NCBI GenBank assembly: GCA_030265395.1
Contig: JARFYF010000060.1
Coordinates: 19,575,714-19,639,713, forward strand
DNA length: 64,000 nt
Direction of reading: 5' to 3'
From: Rhina ancylostomus
Lineage: Eukaryota
Within the stretch, counting starts at the first letter, position 1. The number at the start of each line of letters is the position of its first letter. Both the position numbers and the translations under genes were made by a program. Below are positions 35,798-48,503 of the stretch, piece by piece. The notes beneath the pieces are model-generated. The model was not told where the DNA came from. It searched no databases and saw only the letters and a list, made by a program, of their open reading frames with translations.

Positions 35798-35876
35798 GAT
35801 GAACAGTTTCTGGGTTTCTGCTCAGATGACAACAGTGTACGAAGCCCTGCAAGGTGTCACTTCAGATCCCTGCGAG
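35798..35876 (+). CDS. KMT2A: KMT2A exon 2 (LEDGF IBD-binding FxGF motif)
   Basis: ttttcctttcag|GATGAACAGTTTCTGGGTTTC...CTGCGAG|gtaatt; DEQFLGFCSDDNSVRSPAR (human DEQFLGFGSDEEVRVRSPTR); 79 nt, phase 0 to 1. Confidence 0.93.
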
Positions 35877-38800
35877 GTAATTATCTTTTCTGTATGTTAT
35901 AGCAACATAATGCATAAGCCTTAAGATCAACCAGTTAAGTTCGTTTTTAAGTTAAGGTTTAATTTCAAGAATTTGAGTTATAATTCTTAAATCATCTTCC
36001 ATTGTTCCTCTGGTTTCTATTTAATGCAGAACCTTATTACCACTGAGTATAACTTCAGAGGTAACTTCAGCTCACATACTAAATCCAAATGGCTAGTCAT
36101 CCTGTCGGAACTGGAGAGCTTTACATCCTGCATCAAAGCTGAGACCTCATTTGCTATCTGCATGCCTGCTTTCTAGTAAATGTTCTCACATCAGGATCTT
36201 GATCTAATTGAAGCTGATTTTTTTTTTCTTGTTTATTTCCACCCTCCTTTCTGCCCTCTTAGTTTACATGATTTAATACTTCATAGGGGAATGTACTCAT
36301 TGCAGCTGAAATGATTCATTTCTTTTAGTAGTTTAATCTTAGTGGTATAATAGCAAGGAATGACCTTAAGTTCTGTAAAAGAAGAGTAACTTTTTCCAGG
36401 TCTATATGGTATTTCAGCAGGGAGATACCAGGAAGTGCTCCTTCAGGAATTCAGAAGTTAATAAAAACTAGTATAGCTTCTGCAAATTTATATTAATAGT
36501 TATAAAACACCAATTGACTTTCCGTCATTAAATTTCACAGTTAGTTATATTGAAAATAATATTTACATAAATAATTGGTCATTTATTAAAAATACCAGGG
36601 CTGAACTATTTTGTATAAATTTGGTTAGCTGTGCTGTAAAGTGGCATGTTGATTGAGTGTAAAATTTGACATTTTTTTACAAGAAGCTGGCCAACAATCC
36701 AGCTGGAAGAGGAATGGTGATCATGGTTGGGGCCATGCACCAACTTGAAGCCAGCCAACATTGCTGTTACTTATGGCCCAATGCTCTAACTATGCCTTCT
36801 AAGATCAAAACATGAACTGTGATCCTTTTTGCAGCTGTTTAATAGCCATTATTCAGGCTTATCAATGATGGAAGTAGTTGTACGCATGAGGACCTTTTTA
36901 TAAAGGCCAGCTCCAAAATGCTGCTTCTATTTGTGGGACGTAGAAATTTAAGGTGTGTTATGATTGAAGTTTCAAGAAATTAGAGAGTACTGATATGTTA
37001 GATGAGAATCAAAGACTAGGAGTTAAAGGTTAAATCATATTAGTTTCATGCCCCAGTTCTACCGCAACTATGTACATTTTTCCATTTTCTGCCTAAATTA
37101 GCAAATTTATGCTCGCATTCTTTGAAAGGCTAACGATATAGTAGCTTAAGAAAATAGATTTTGGACAGCGAGTAGTTAGTATGACTGTTTGATTAGGTTG
37201 GTGGCTTCTGTAAAATAATACGTGGATAGAGCCTGTTTCAGTATTGTAAAAGGACATGATTCTGAATGTGCCTGGCTGAATTCAATGTAGCTTTTTGAAT
37301 GACAGTTTTGTTACAGTTCTCTCATTGAAACCATATTCTGCAGTTCACTTTGTCTTGCTTTCCATCTCTATAGGATCTGACCTACCTATTTTTAGTATTT
37401 CCAGCAACAGCAAAAGGTCTCATATAATCTATTTTCTATGGAATTTCCCACAGATCTTGACCTTTGCCACAATGATATAATGTATAGATACATGTTTTCA
37501 TGCATTTTTGTATCCAGAATTAGTTTTCATCACCCGTTGATGTCTTTGAATTCCATCTGTGCTTGTATTGTCTATCTGCTAGTTGTCTTGTTTGAAAGTA
37601 GATAGCCAGAGGCATGGACAAAATTTCCTTGATGTTGTTTACCTTAGACCTAGGTAACTTGTGCAACAGATTACAAAAAGCTGTTAAATTGAGGTGTGCG
37701 AATTTGAACTTTCTGAATGATTCTGATGTGTCTACACAGGGTTCTGATGTGTGTACATAGATGGATCATGTAAACAAAAAGATTAGTGAAGTCTGTGATT
37801 TTTTTTAGATGGGAAAAGTTCATTTCATCCCACTAGGCTGATTTTGATCTTGTGCCTCAGTGATGGACTAATTCAAAGCACCATTCAGCCTTCCAAGCTA
37901 ACTTGTGTACAAACAGCTGTAAATTGTATTAAATCCCAAGCAGCAGATGTATTTCAACCATCCTGATTTTTCATTTAACCATTGTTGTAGTCTTCCTTGC
38001 AAAAGTTGATGAAATCCTGTCACACAGTTGATTTTTATTGCAGTGACTTAACTAGTCCTTATGCTGAAATTATTATTTTCTACTAAAACTAGAAGACTTA
38101 CTTTGGGTGGTGTAGATTAATCTATAGTCCCAACTAGAGTTAATGAAGGAAAATACTGAGGCTGCTTCTAAGATCTTTATACTCATGTTATATGGATGCA
38201 GTTATTTTGAATTTGCAAAGATATGAAATTAAAATAATTAAGATATCTAAAATCTGCTTTCACTAAAAAGCATTTTTTTCCTTTAAATGATTATTCTGAT
38301 TAATGATATAGATCATAAAGGCATAAGACCAATAAGACCATAAGACTTTTATATGTAACTGGTCTCCACAGAAAGCTGTTGCCATCAATGTCTGTGAGAA
38401 CAGAACAGATTTCCAAACTAATCTGTGTTGTACTCTTAAGTCCCTCGGGATTCTTTTACATAAAATCATAGCATAGTGTGGTCCAAAATGAAGCCATTTG
38501 GCCATTGTGCCTGCTGTAAGAATAGGGTAAAATCTTGCAATCATAAAAGGAATGCTGAGAAAGGAAGTTAATACAGAGAGACTGTCAGAAATGCTGAAAC
38601 AGCTGAAGAGGGCAGTTTGTGAGGAAATACCAGCTGCCTAGCAACTCACTGATAAATTTTCTAAAGATGAAAGGTTAGCTGTGTGAACAAAAATCATTAC
38701 CTTTGCAGAACCAATGAACATCAAACTATTGATGGAATGGTAAGTATTAATCTGATGGCTCTAAAGTAAGCCATTTCCCATTTTTAGCATATTTGAGGGT

Positions 38801-39677
38801 GGGATTATAGCATAATTTACAGTCAGGACAAAACTACTTGTGGTTGAGAATCAATCAGCCATCTGAGGCTTTCAAGACGAAACCTAATCCCTTGATTTCA
38901 GATTGAGGTCAAAGTGTCAGGGCTGGACTCTGATAGGGAAAAGGCAATTCCGGTCTTTGTTCAGGTGGAATGCATTCAGGCACCTCCTGTGTGTGCTCTT
39001 CTGTCTGACTGTAAAATTGGGTAATGCAGCCTAATGTTTGTTTGTGTTGGTAACCATGGCTTGAATACTAACGTGTTTTAACCTTGGTGCGCCCTAACTA
39101 TATTGGTATCAGTTTGAACTGGTAGATTTTAAAAGGTGCTATCAAAAATGTAATGTGGTTAGATTTGCCTTGGTGTGGATCAGGAGTACTTTGCCTTTGC
39201 TCTGTCAGGCCGTGCAGGGATTGTTTGTCCATCACTACCATCCACCTTGTTCATTACAGCCACCATTCTTCCTGACCCTGGCTACTAACATCCTGCTGCC
39301 ATCTGCAGGCTGATCTAGGACCCTTCTCTCACTACAACTAACATAATTCAAGTTGCAATACTGGAATTTTTAAATTAGCAATAGTCACCTTCTCCACGGC
39401 CACCTTTGCTGCCTTGATTTATTTAGCTAAATGTGATACGTGGAACTATTTCTGTTCAAATTATAATACATACTCACCTTGGCTGTACCTTGCTTCTGAT
39501 TTTGGGGATACATGTGACTTCTGTTTACATTGCACTGATCTGCAAACTTCTTTGTATTTTCAACATTGGTGTGTTTAATCAGTACTATGATGGTTATGGG
39601 CAAAAATTCTTATATTGATTAGATTGCAATGGTTGACTTTTCATTATTTCTAATTAAAAATTATCTTTAATTTATAG

Positions 39678-42517
39678 GCGAATCTCCTCATAGGAAGCTT
39701 CGGGGAAGACAACGGACATTTTCTTCTCAAAGCTCGGATGTGTTATCAGATTCGTCCTCTGCATTGTCACCTCCAAACAAGCTTGAGTTGAAGCCTGTTG
39801 AAAAAGAAAAGAAGCAAGAATTAAACACCAGTGAGAGGAAGAGGGGTCGGCCTCCAGTGTTAAGCAATCCAAAGCTTCATATCACACAAGACAAGAAAGA
39901 AACAACAAATGGGAAAACAGAAAAACAAAAAAATGAAAAAGAAAAGAAAGTGAAGAAGAAACCTGCATTATTGCAGCAGGTGACAAAAATAAAGAAACTG
40001 AGAGTAGTCAAATTGTCCCCTTTGCAGTCCAAATTAAAGAAAGCTAAACTACAGATTAATAGCAATGTGGGGAAGATTGAACGGAAGCGAGGGAGACCAC
40101 CATCTTCAGAGCGATTGAAGACTGTTCCAAAACTCCTTGTTCCAGCACAAACCAAGAAACAAAAGAAACTACGTAAGGAGAAAGATGGAACACCAACACA
40201 GAAGTCATCCGTGACAAAGGAGATGAAGTCTGCTGTCAGACAGAGACCCCGCAGGATAAACAAACCAGTCAGAGTTGTTCCTGTCACAAAAAGGACTGAT
40301 GCAGCTATTGCAAAACAACTCTTGCAGAGAGCCAAAAAAGGAGCTCAGAAACGCATGGCTTCACCTCAGCTGAAAAATATTCGTCAGTTTATCATGCCAG
40401 TCATCAGTGCCATTTCTTCAAGGATAATTAAGACTCCAAAAAGATTTATTGAAGATGACAGCTATGTACCTCCTGTCAAAGCTCCGCGCCTAGAGTCAAC
40501 TCCAACCAGTCGGTTCAGCTCAGTATCTTGTGGGTCTAGTGAAAAGTCTAGTGCTGTTTCACAGCATTCTTCTCAAATGTCTTCTGATTCTTCAAGATCA
40601 AGCAGCCCCAGTGTTACCTCTACTGATTCACAGGTATCTGATGAATTGCAGACTCTTTCTGAAGTAANNNNNNNNNNNNNNNNNNNNNNNNNNNNNNNNN
40701 NNNNNNNNNNNNNNNNNNNNNNNNNNNNNNNNNNNNNNNNNNNNNNNNNNNNNNNNNNNNNNNNNNNTGATTCTTCAAGATCAAGCAGCCCCCGTGTTAC
40801 CTCTACTGATTCACAGGTCTCTGATGAATTGCAGACTCTTTCTGAAGTAACAACTCAGTCAACTGATTTGCACAGTTGCTTAAATGCCTCACAGTCCAGT
40901 GAACCAGGAGGGATAGATAAAAAGGGTCACCGATTTTCAATGCCAGAAAGAAGCAATACTACAAGCAAGAAATTGCCAACTTCTTCACCACAGCCAACAT
41001 CTTCATCTCCTCCACCACCGCTGCTTTCTCCTCCTCCTCCCCTGCAACAAACTTCAAACATATCTGATCATTCTCCCTGGCTGATGCCTCCAACCATACC
41101 ATTCATTTCACCACCAACAGGCCTGCCAGAAAAACGGAAGTCTATCTTACGAGAGCCAACGTTCAAGTGGACATCTCTCAAAAACCTGAGGCCAGAATCG
41201 CATCAGTACTTCTCCTCAGCAAAGTATGCCAAAGAAGGACTTATCCGCAAGCCAATATTCGATAACTTCATAACATCACCCCTGACTCCTGAAGATGTTG
41301 GTTTGTCATCCAGGTTTCATTCATCTTCCAGCACAACACCACCTCGATTTTTCTCTTCGCTTCATCCAGCCTCTAGGTTTGATACTCATAAGAGAAGTCC
41401 TCTGCTCCGTGCTCCGCGATTTACTCCAAGTGAAGCCCACTCCAGGATTTTTGAGTCTGTTACTGTATCACCACGCAATCTGGTTCGATCTTCGGTTTCT
41501 GCCTCGGGTAAAGGGCATTCTTCCAAAAGGAAGAATAAAGAGTTACATATTTCAAGCCGTATTGATCCAAAATCTCCATCGCACTCCATGAGAACCAGAA
41601 GCGGACGACTGATTTCTGCAGATCTGTCACCAATCACTCCACAGACTCCTGTAACATCCTCATCTCCTGTAAGCTCCATATTAACTGGTGCCTTAACTCC
41701 CCCACTTGGTGGTTTGGTGCAGTCCGAAGGAGTAGCAAAGGATAAAGATGGTAGAGCAAAACTGGCATCTCGACAGACCAGCACTCCAGGGGACAGCTTC
41801 TCTGCAGATTCGGCCAGTCCAACATCTCCATTGTTTCCATCACTAGCACCTAGTGCCCAAAAAGACAAAGGCAAAAGCAAGGACAAGCAAACTGAAGAAA
41901 TGCTCAAAGAAAGAGATTCTGAGAAAGGACCAGAGAAAGACAGAGAACGAGATAAAGAAAAGGAAAATAAACGAGAAACAAGGAAGGAAAAGGAAAAGAA
42001 GTTGCAGAGTAAGGGGACTGAGCCTCAGAGTCCTGCACCATTGTTCCTTTTCCCAATCGCAGTGGATGAAGACCGAACTGTTGCAGAGGATGTGGCTGCT
42101 TCATCTTCAATGAAAAAAGTTTCTGGGAGAGCCAAAAGGTCGAGTTCAACTGATAAAAGTGCAGGGGGTTTGGGGGATGGTCCTTCCTCAACACTCCCTG
42201 ATGGGAAGAATAAAAGTTCAAAGAAAGGCAGACTGGGAACTGAAGAGTTGGTGCCTGTAACTGGTGGGACAGAAAGTAGTACAGCTGCATCCATAGGCAA
42301 TAAAGACAAGCCTCCTCGACATTCTTCTATAACCTCCATGCTCTCATCTGGCACTCTTAAGCATTCTGCACCCGCTATTAATAGCATGCTAGCACAAGCA
42401 GACAAAATGCCAACAACTGATAAGCGAGTGGCAAACCTTTTGAGAAAGGCTAAAGCACAGCTTTGCAAGATTGAAAAGAACAAATCATTAAAAATTGCTA
42501 ATCCAACAAAATCGCAG
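39678..42517 (+). CDS. KMT2A: KMT2A exon 3 (AT-hooks, SNL1, start of SNL2); contains a 100-N gap with a duplicated flank
   Basis: ttatag|GC GAA TCT...AAA TCG CAG|gtatgt; RKRGRPP twice, KNIRQFIMPVISAISSRIIKTPKRFIED, RKSILREPTFKWTSL, YFSSAKYAKEGLIRKPIFDNF, LLRKAKAQLCKIEK; phase 1 to 0. Confidence 0.96.
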
Positions 42518-43299
42518 GTATGTTTTTTATGTATATTTATAAAAATCATCTATTTGTCTTTGAACTAACAGTGATTTCAAAAAATTGTAATATTTTACTA
42601 TGTTTAAGTACTGCATTTAATTCTTTAGTTGCTCAATCTCTTGAAAAAGCAGCTGATCTCTTCATCCTACTTTTACTGTTTACTCCAGTTATTCCTCAAC
42701 AAAGCATTTAGGAGTTCTGTTATCCTTTTAAGTCAAAAATGTTTTACCAGTTGGTTTCACTCCATTTCAGTTTTTACATTATTCCCACTATCATTTGATT
42801 CATGATAATGAGCAATTTTTTTGTGAAGTCTTGTAAGGAAAACCATTATAGTTTCTTCACACTTAATTCCTTTACTACTATCTTTTCATTGCATCTTCCC
42901 AGTGCCAATGATATTTGTGCTTTGATGAAGAATTTATTGAGTGTGTCTGACTAAAGCTTTATACAGTAACTAACACCACTCTGAGGTGTGTTGATCTGTG
43001 ATAAGTGTGCAATTCAAAATTCCTCAGTGGCTGCATTTGAGGAAATTTCACCTGTTCTATCATGTAAAATTAATTTTCGTTTCACATATTTTGGGATATG
43101 TTCATATGTAGGGGTGGGAGGATGGGATGCGGTGGGCATTAGGTTGTAGTTAAGGTATTGTGAGCATTGATAGCCTCCATCATAGAAAGAACATTGAAGT
43201 CAGAGGAGAAAGGGCAATGATTAAATCATTGCGATGAAGCCAGTGATTGGGAGACTTTAAAAGGAGTGACTTGAAATGCTGGAAAACCTATCTGTGAGA

Positions 43300-43640
43300 A
43301 TAGAGAAAGCCAAGGGGATTTAATAGATAAATAATTTAAAAATTATGAAGTTTTTTGAATTGAAGAACAGAGACAAATTATTTCTGGCTGGCGAGTCAGT
43401 GATGATTGATCATCAGTGCAAAATTACCAACAAGGGCATGAGGTTAGGAGCTTGTTACTTACCAAGAGTGAGGATGCTCCAGTCAAGAAAACTTTATTAC
43501 AAATTTGAATTAAAAAACGCAGCTTTTTATTGGGGGGAAATTGATCAACATTTGAAGTAGAAGGAAATGGATTGCTATGGGGAGAATATCGAGCCAAGGG
43601 CTGAGTATTATATTTCTGTAACGGGCACATTCGTGACTGA
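43300..43640 (+). mobile_element. Highly decayed CR1-type 3' fragment
   Basis: aaggggatttaatagat...aaaattatgaag...agagacaaattatttctggctgg...gctttttattggggggaaattgat resembles the CR1 RGDLIEVFKIM region and 3' UTR. Confidence 0.5.
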
Positions 43641-45754
43641 TCAAGTGTTTTCTATTACTGCTCTAAACAATGATCTAGGGGAACTACTACTTTGCCTGTT
43701 TTAAAAAAAGTCAGTGAGGCAAATGGCTGGGTTAATAAAAGTCAAGGAAAAGTAATAAAACTTGATGGGAACTATGTTTTAAATTTAATTGATGCTTATA
43801 GATGGAGAGTTTGACTTTCCCCAGATACTGTAATTCCTGCCTTCAGTTTTGGGGATACAGCTAGAAAAGTAGTGCACAGCTAGCTTAAAGTTCATGCACA
43901 TGTCCCTCTCTTTACCAAGATTAAAGTCTGGGATGGAGGCCTAACAGGTGTGGTATTCAAAGAATTTTAATTCAAAGCATTGTGCCTGTGCCAGCTTCTT
44001 CATAACTAATGAAATTGCTGTTGGTGCCATCAAGAAATTGTGCCCTAAAATTACTCAGTGATAGATCCATGCCCATCATTTGCTATATACCTCTGTGTAA
44101 AGATGGATGTGAACCTGAACCCAAATCTGAATGAAGTCCAGAAGCTTGTACAGGCTTAATGTGTTCTCAGAATCAACTGGGTGTCTAGGAGATGGAATTT
44201 AATCCAGACAAGTGTGAGGTAATGAATTTTGGATAGTCTGGCAATCAGGCCCATGCTGGCTCTCAGGAGAAATTCCATTCTTCCCTTATTGTCCTGTTCC
44301 CTGCAGCTAAGATTTTTGTCTTGATAAAGTCAGATGGGTGCACTGTTAGTGACTGTACTCCCCATTCAACAGTCCCACACATTACCTTTCATCAATCACT
44401 GACAATCACAGCTACCATAAAATAATATTTCAGTTCACATCTGTAAATTTATCTACCATATTACATATAAAATTCAGCTTATCATTCTTGCAATTTCCCT
44501 TTGCTGTTTTTGTGTTCCTTTGCCCCCTAGTTTTTTCTCTGTAGTCATGTTCCTGTGGCTGCAGCCTGGCTGGTAGAAAACTGCCTTTCATTGGAGGGGA
44601 TTCAGTTTGCTTTGGAGGATGATGTCATATCAGCTCTTGGTTGGGGATGCCTTGATGTGAAGTATACTATATCTGGTGGTTAACATTCCTGGCTGGCTGG
44701 TGGTCCCACCTCAAGAAAAGTTATGTATTAAATTGGTGCAGTTTACAACAAATCATGGGTAAAATTCCTGATTTTAAAAAGAAAGAAGCATCTTTTTTGA
44801 GTTCTAAACTGTTGCCAAAGGATTGGATTCTGCCTTGCGCTGAAGGATTTGGTGCAATTGGTTCTTCAGAATTACTTTTCAAATAAATTGATAAATACAA
44901 TTATAGGGGAAAGCTGTTGGTCTGAAGTATAACCCATTTTGTTCCATTTGTGTTTTTTTTCATATATAGTGTTTTAGAATGCTGCTTTGCAGGAAATGTT
45001 TAGAAGTCTGTTTTTCCATGTCTTGCCAGGGACTTATTCAGCCAAGTTTGGTGAAATGTGCTTGTATGTGCAACAACCCAAAGTGCTTAGCAGGGGTCGG
45101 CGTAGCATTGCTTTTTATATTGCAACTGTTTATGGGCTATATATTCAGTCCTGGACAGTGTAATCCATTNNNNNNNNNNNNNNNNNNNNNNNNNNNNNNN
45201 NNNNNNNNNNNNNNNNNNNNNNNNNNNNNNNNNNNNNNNNNNNNNNNNNNNNNNNNNNNNNNNNNNNNNTCTTATTGTGTGATTAGGGAGATTTTGATCA
45301 GATAGTTGGATGAAAGATTAACAAATATAGCATTTAACATGCTTGGCAGTTCTTGTGCATTCATTGGTAGCCAGACTAACAGGACAACTGAGTGGCAAAT
45401 ACAAAATATAATAAAATCAATGAGGTAGTGGCAGATCACTGTTAACTTATGTTTGCTTACACTGATACCAAAATAAACCTAGTTCAGGCACAGAATATTA
45501 AATTCAGGTGCGCCCCATTTTACTGTGTTGAGATAGGTAGACAATAATGTTATACTGGTAGATGTATCTTTTGTTTTGTGTTCTTGTGCATTTCTACTTT
45601 TCCATGTAACTGCAAAAGAAGAGTTTTGAAAGATGTAGATGCATTTTTTTTTGTCTGGTCCAATCAAGAGCAAATCATTCCCTGATTTCAAATTAAATTT
45701 TTAAAATTATGAAATCTTGTTTTCTCCCTGTTCTCCCTATTTTCACACAGATGT

Positions 45755-47530
45755 GGAGTCATAGAAAGTCATGGGAGTCGTACAGCACGGAAACATGTCC
45801 TTCGGCCTGAGTTGTCCATGCTGACTGAGATGGCTATCTATGCTAGTCCCATTGGCCCCCTAACCCTTTTCCTTTCTTATCCATGTATCTGTCCAAATGC
45901 TTTTTGAACAATGTAATTGTACCTGCCTGTAGCACCTCCTCTAGTAGCTTGTTCCATATATCCACCACCCTCTGTGTGGGGGAAAAATGTGCCCCTCAGC
46001 TCTCCTTTTAAAGATTTCCCCTCTCACCTTAAAACTATGTCCTCTAGTTTTAGACTCCCCTTTCATTGGAAAAGGACTGTGACTATCCATCCTATCTGTG
46101 CCACTCATAATTATATAAACCTCTATAATGTCAGCCTTTTGCACTCCTGTGAATGACCTCTGCCTATTCAGTCTCTCCTTGTAACTAAAGCTCTCCATTC
46201 CATGCAACATTATGATGAACCTCTTCTGCACTCTTCAGTGCTACCACATCCTTTCTATAGTGTGGTGACCAGAACTGTACGCAGTATTCCAAGTGTGGCC
46301 TAACCAATGTCTTGTACAGTTGCAGCATGATGTCCCAACTCTTACTGTCCTCTTGCTACAGATTCCAGCATCTGCAGTCTCTTGTGTCCCTAACTCTTGT
46401 ACTCAGTACCCCTGTCTATGAAGGCAAGCAAGTTAAGCATCTTCTTCACTACCCTATCCACTTGTGTTGCCATTTTCAGGGAGCTATGAACAGACAAGGT
46501 CCTTCTGTACATCCAATGTTTCAAGGGTCTCTGCCGTTTAAATTCCACCTGCCACTACTCTGCCCAACTTTCCAGTTGGTCTATGTCCCTCTGCATCCTT
46601 AGGCAACCATCCTCACTATTTACAACTCCACCAATCTTCATGTTGTCAGCAAACCTACTTCTCAGACCACATACATTCTTGTCCAAGACATTCACATATA
46701 TGACAAACAACAAAGGTCCCAGCACTGATCCCTGCGGTACACTACTGGTTACAGACTTCCAGTGAGAGGAACAACCCTCCAACACTATTCTCTGCCTCCT
46801 ATCACCAAGCTAGTTTTGGATCCAGTTTGTGAAAACCCCTTGAATCCCAGGTGCCCTAACTTTCTGGACCAGTCTCCCATGCAGGAGACACAAGAGATTC
46901 TACAGATGCTGGAATCTAGAGCAACGCAAAGACAATGCTTGAGGAACTCAGCAGGTCAGGCAGCTACCACGCAGGATCTTGTCAAAAGCCTTGTTTAAGT
47001 CCATGTATATCACTTCCACTACCTTGCCTTCATCAATTTTCGTAGTAACTTCCTAAGAAAAATGCAATCTGCTGTAAAGTAGGATTTCACATGAACAAAA
47101 CCATGCTGACTCTCTCTAACCAGTTCTTGCCTTTCTAAGTAATCATAAATCCTACCCCTAAGAAATTTTTCCAGTAATTTCCCTACTGCTGACCTAAGGC
47201 TCACCAGCCTGCAGTTTCCTGGCTTATTCCTACCACCCTTCTTGAATTTGGGAACAACATTAGCTACCCTCCAGTCTTCTGGCATCCAACCTGTGGTTAA
47301 AGATGATGCAAAAATTTCTGTCAGAGCACCAGCAATCGGCCCTGGGGATTTGACTCATCAATGATCACCAATATCTCTAACAGTTCCTCTTTCCTGATAC
47401 ATGCATGTTCCAGATTATAAACATACGCTTCCCCTAACTCTCCATCCTCCCCATCCTTCTCCCTGGTGAATATTGATGTAAAGTATTCATTCAGGACACT
47501 ACGCATAACCCTTGGCTCCACACACAGACT
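45755..47530 (-). mobile_element. Best-preserved CR1-type LINE fragment (RT domain to 3' end)
   Basis: Minus-strand ORFs: LNEYFTSIFTRE; PEDWRVANVVPKFKKGGRNKPGNCRLVSL...SQHGF; SVPQGSVLGPLLFVIYVN...FADNMKIGG; QKRF...SYKERL; frameshifted. Confidence 0.92.
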
Positions 47531-47869
47531 ATTTTATCATTGAGGAACATGAATGATCTCCTTCCAGTGTGATGCTTCCATTGGACCTGAGTTTGCTTCT
47601 AGGAAGAGCTCAGCAATATTTGGCTACAAATACATCCCATGGCTATTTCCTGATGAGGGATTGAATTGCTGTTCCTTTACTCTGATACCATATCCTGCCT
47701 TACCATACTTGCATATTAATGGGTTTATCCAAATTCAATCAAAACATTGTATTTTGTTGGTTCCTAAATGTCAGGCTTTGTAAAGAGGCAGTTCGTATAA
47801 TTATGATGGTAGAATCTTGCCTATTATTACCGTGGCTGAGCAGTAGGTGCATGGAAACACCTGTTCTAC

Positions 47870-48090
47870 AAGTTCCCTTCAACATCAGATCATCTAGCAA
47901 TCCTTCATTGTCACTGGGTTAAAGTGCTGAATCTCCCTCCCTATCAACACTATGTGTGTTCTTTCAACACAAAAACTGCAGCCATTAAAGAAAGCACCTC
48001 AACCACCTTCTCAAGGCCATTTTCAAGATGAGGAATAAATGTTGACCATGGCAGTGGCACCCACACCCTGAGACTGAATGTTAAAAAAAA
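47870..48090 (+). mobile_element. LINE 3' end with short A tail
   Basis: ccttcattgtcactgggttaaag...ctccctccctatcaacact...caccttctcaagg...aataaatg...gaatgttaaaaaaaa; probably the same family as 32585-32810. Confidence 0.6.
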
Positions 48091-48325
48091 TTAATTTTCT
48101 GATATTGCCAGAGATTATGAGTAGATGATGTCACTCTGTATCATTTTCTCTATATCAGTTATGTTCTGAGACTATTTTTGGAACTGTCTTGGACAAATAT
48201 GAGATCAATACTGTATATTTATTATTATTATCACCAAGGTGTGCGTACATAATAAAAATGAACCAGAATTCTCTTTTGGTATCTCTGTTGAATTATCTAT
48301 TCTAATATTTTGTTGATTATATTAG

Positions 48326-48503
48326 GGTCAAGAAAGTGATTCTTCAGAAACATCAATACCAGGCCCTCGTATAAAGCATGTTTGCAGACGGGCTGCTGTT
48401 GCACTTGGTCGGAAAAGGGCAGTGTTCCCTGATGACATGCCTACCCTTAGTGCCTTGCCATGGGAGGAGCGAGAAAAGATACTATCTTCAATGGGAAATG
48501 ATG
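48326..48503 (+). CDS. KMT2A: KMT2A exon 4 (SNL2)
   Basis: attag|GGTCAAGAA...AATGATG|gtaagt; GQESDSSETSIPGPRIKHVCRRAAVALGRKRAVFPDDMPTLSALPWEEREKILSSMGND; 178 nt. Confidence 0.97.

Noticed and set aside
35854-35859. Alternative exon 2 donor AAG|gtgtca
   Set aside because: Weaker consensus, and would give phase 2, out of frame with exon 3
39877-42549. Antisense ORFs of 152, 173, 128 and 174 aa over exon 3
   Set aside because: Shadow frames of a long, compositionally biased coding exon; no independent motifs
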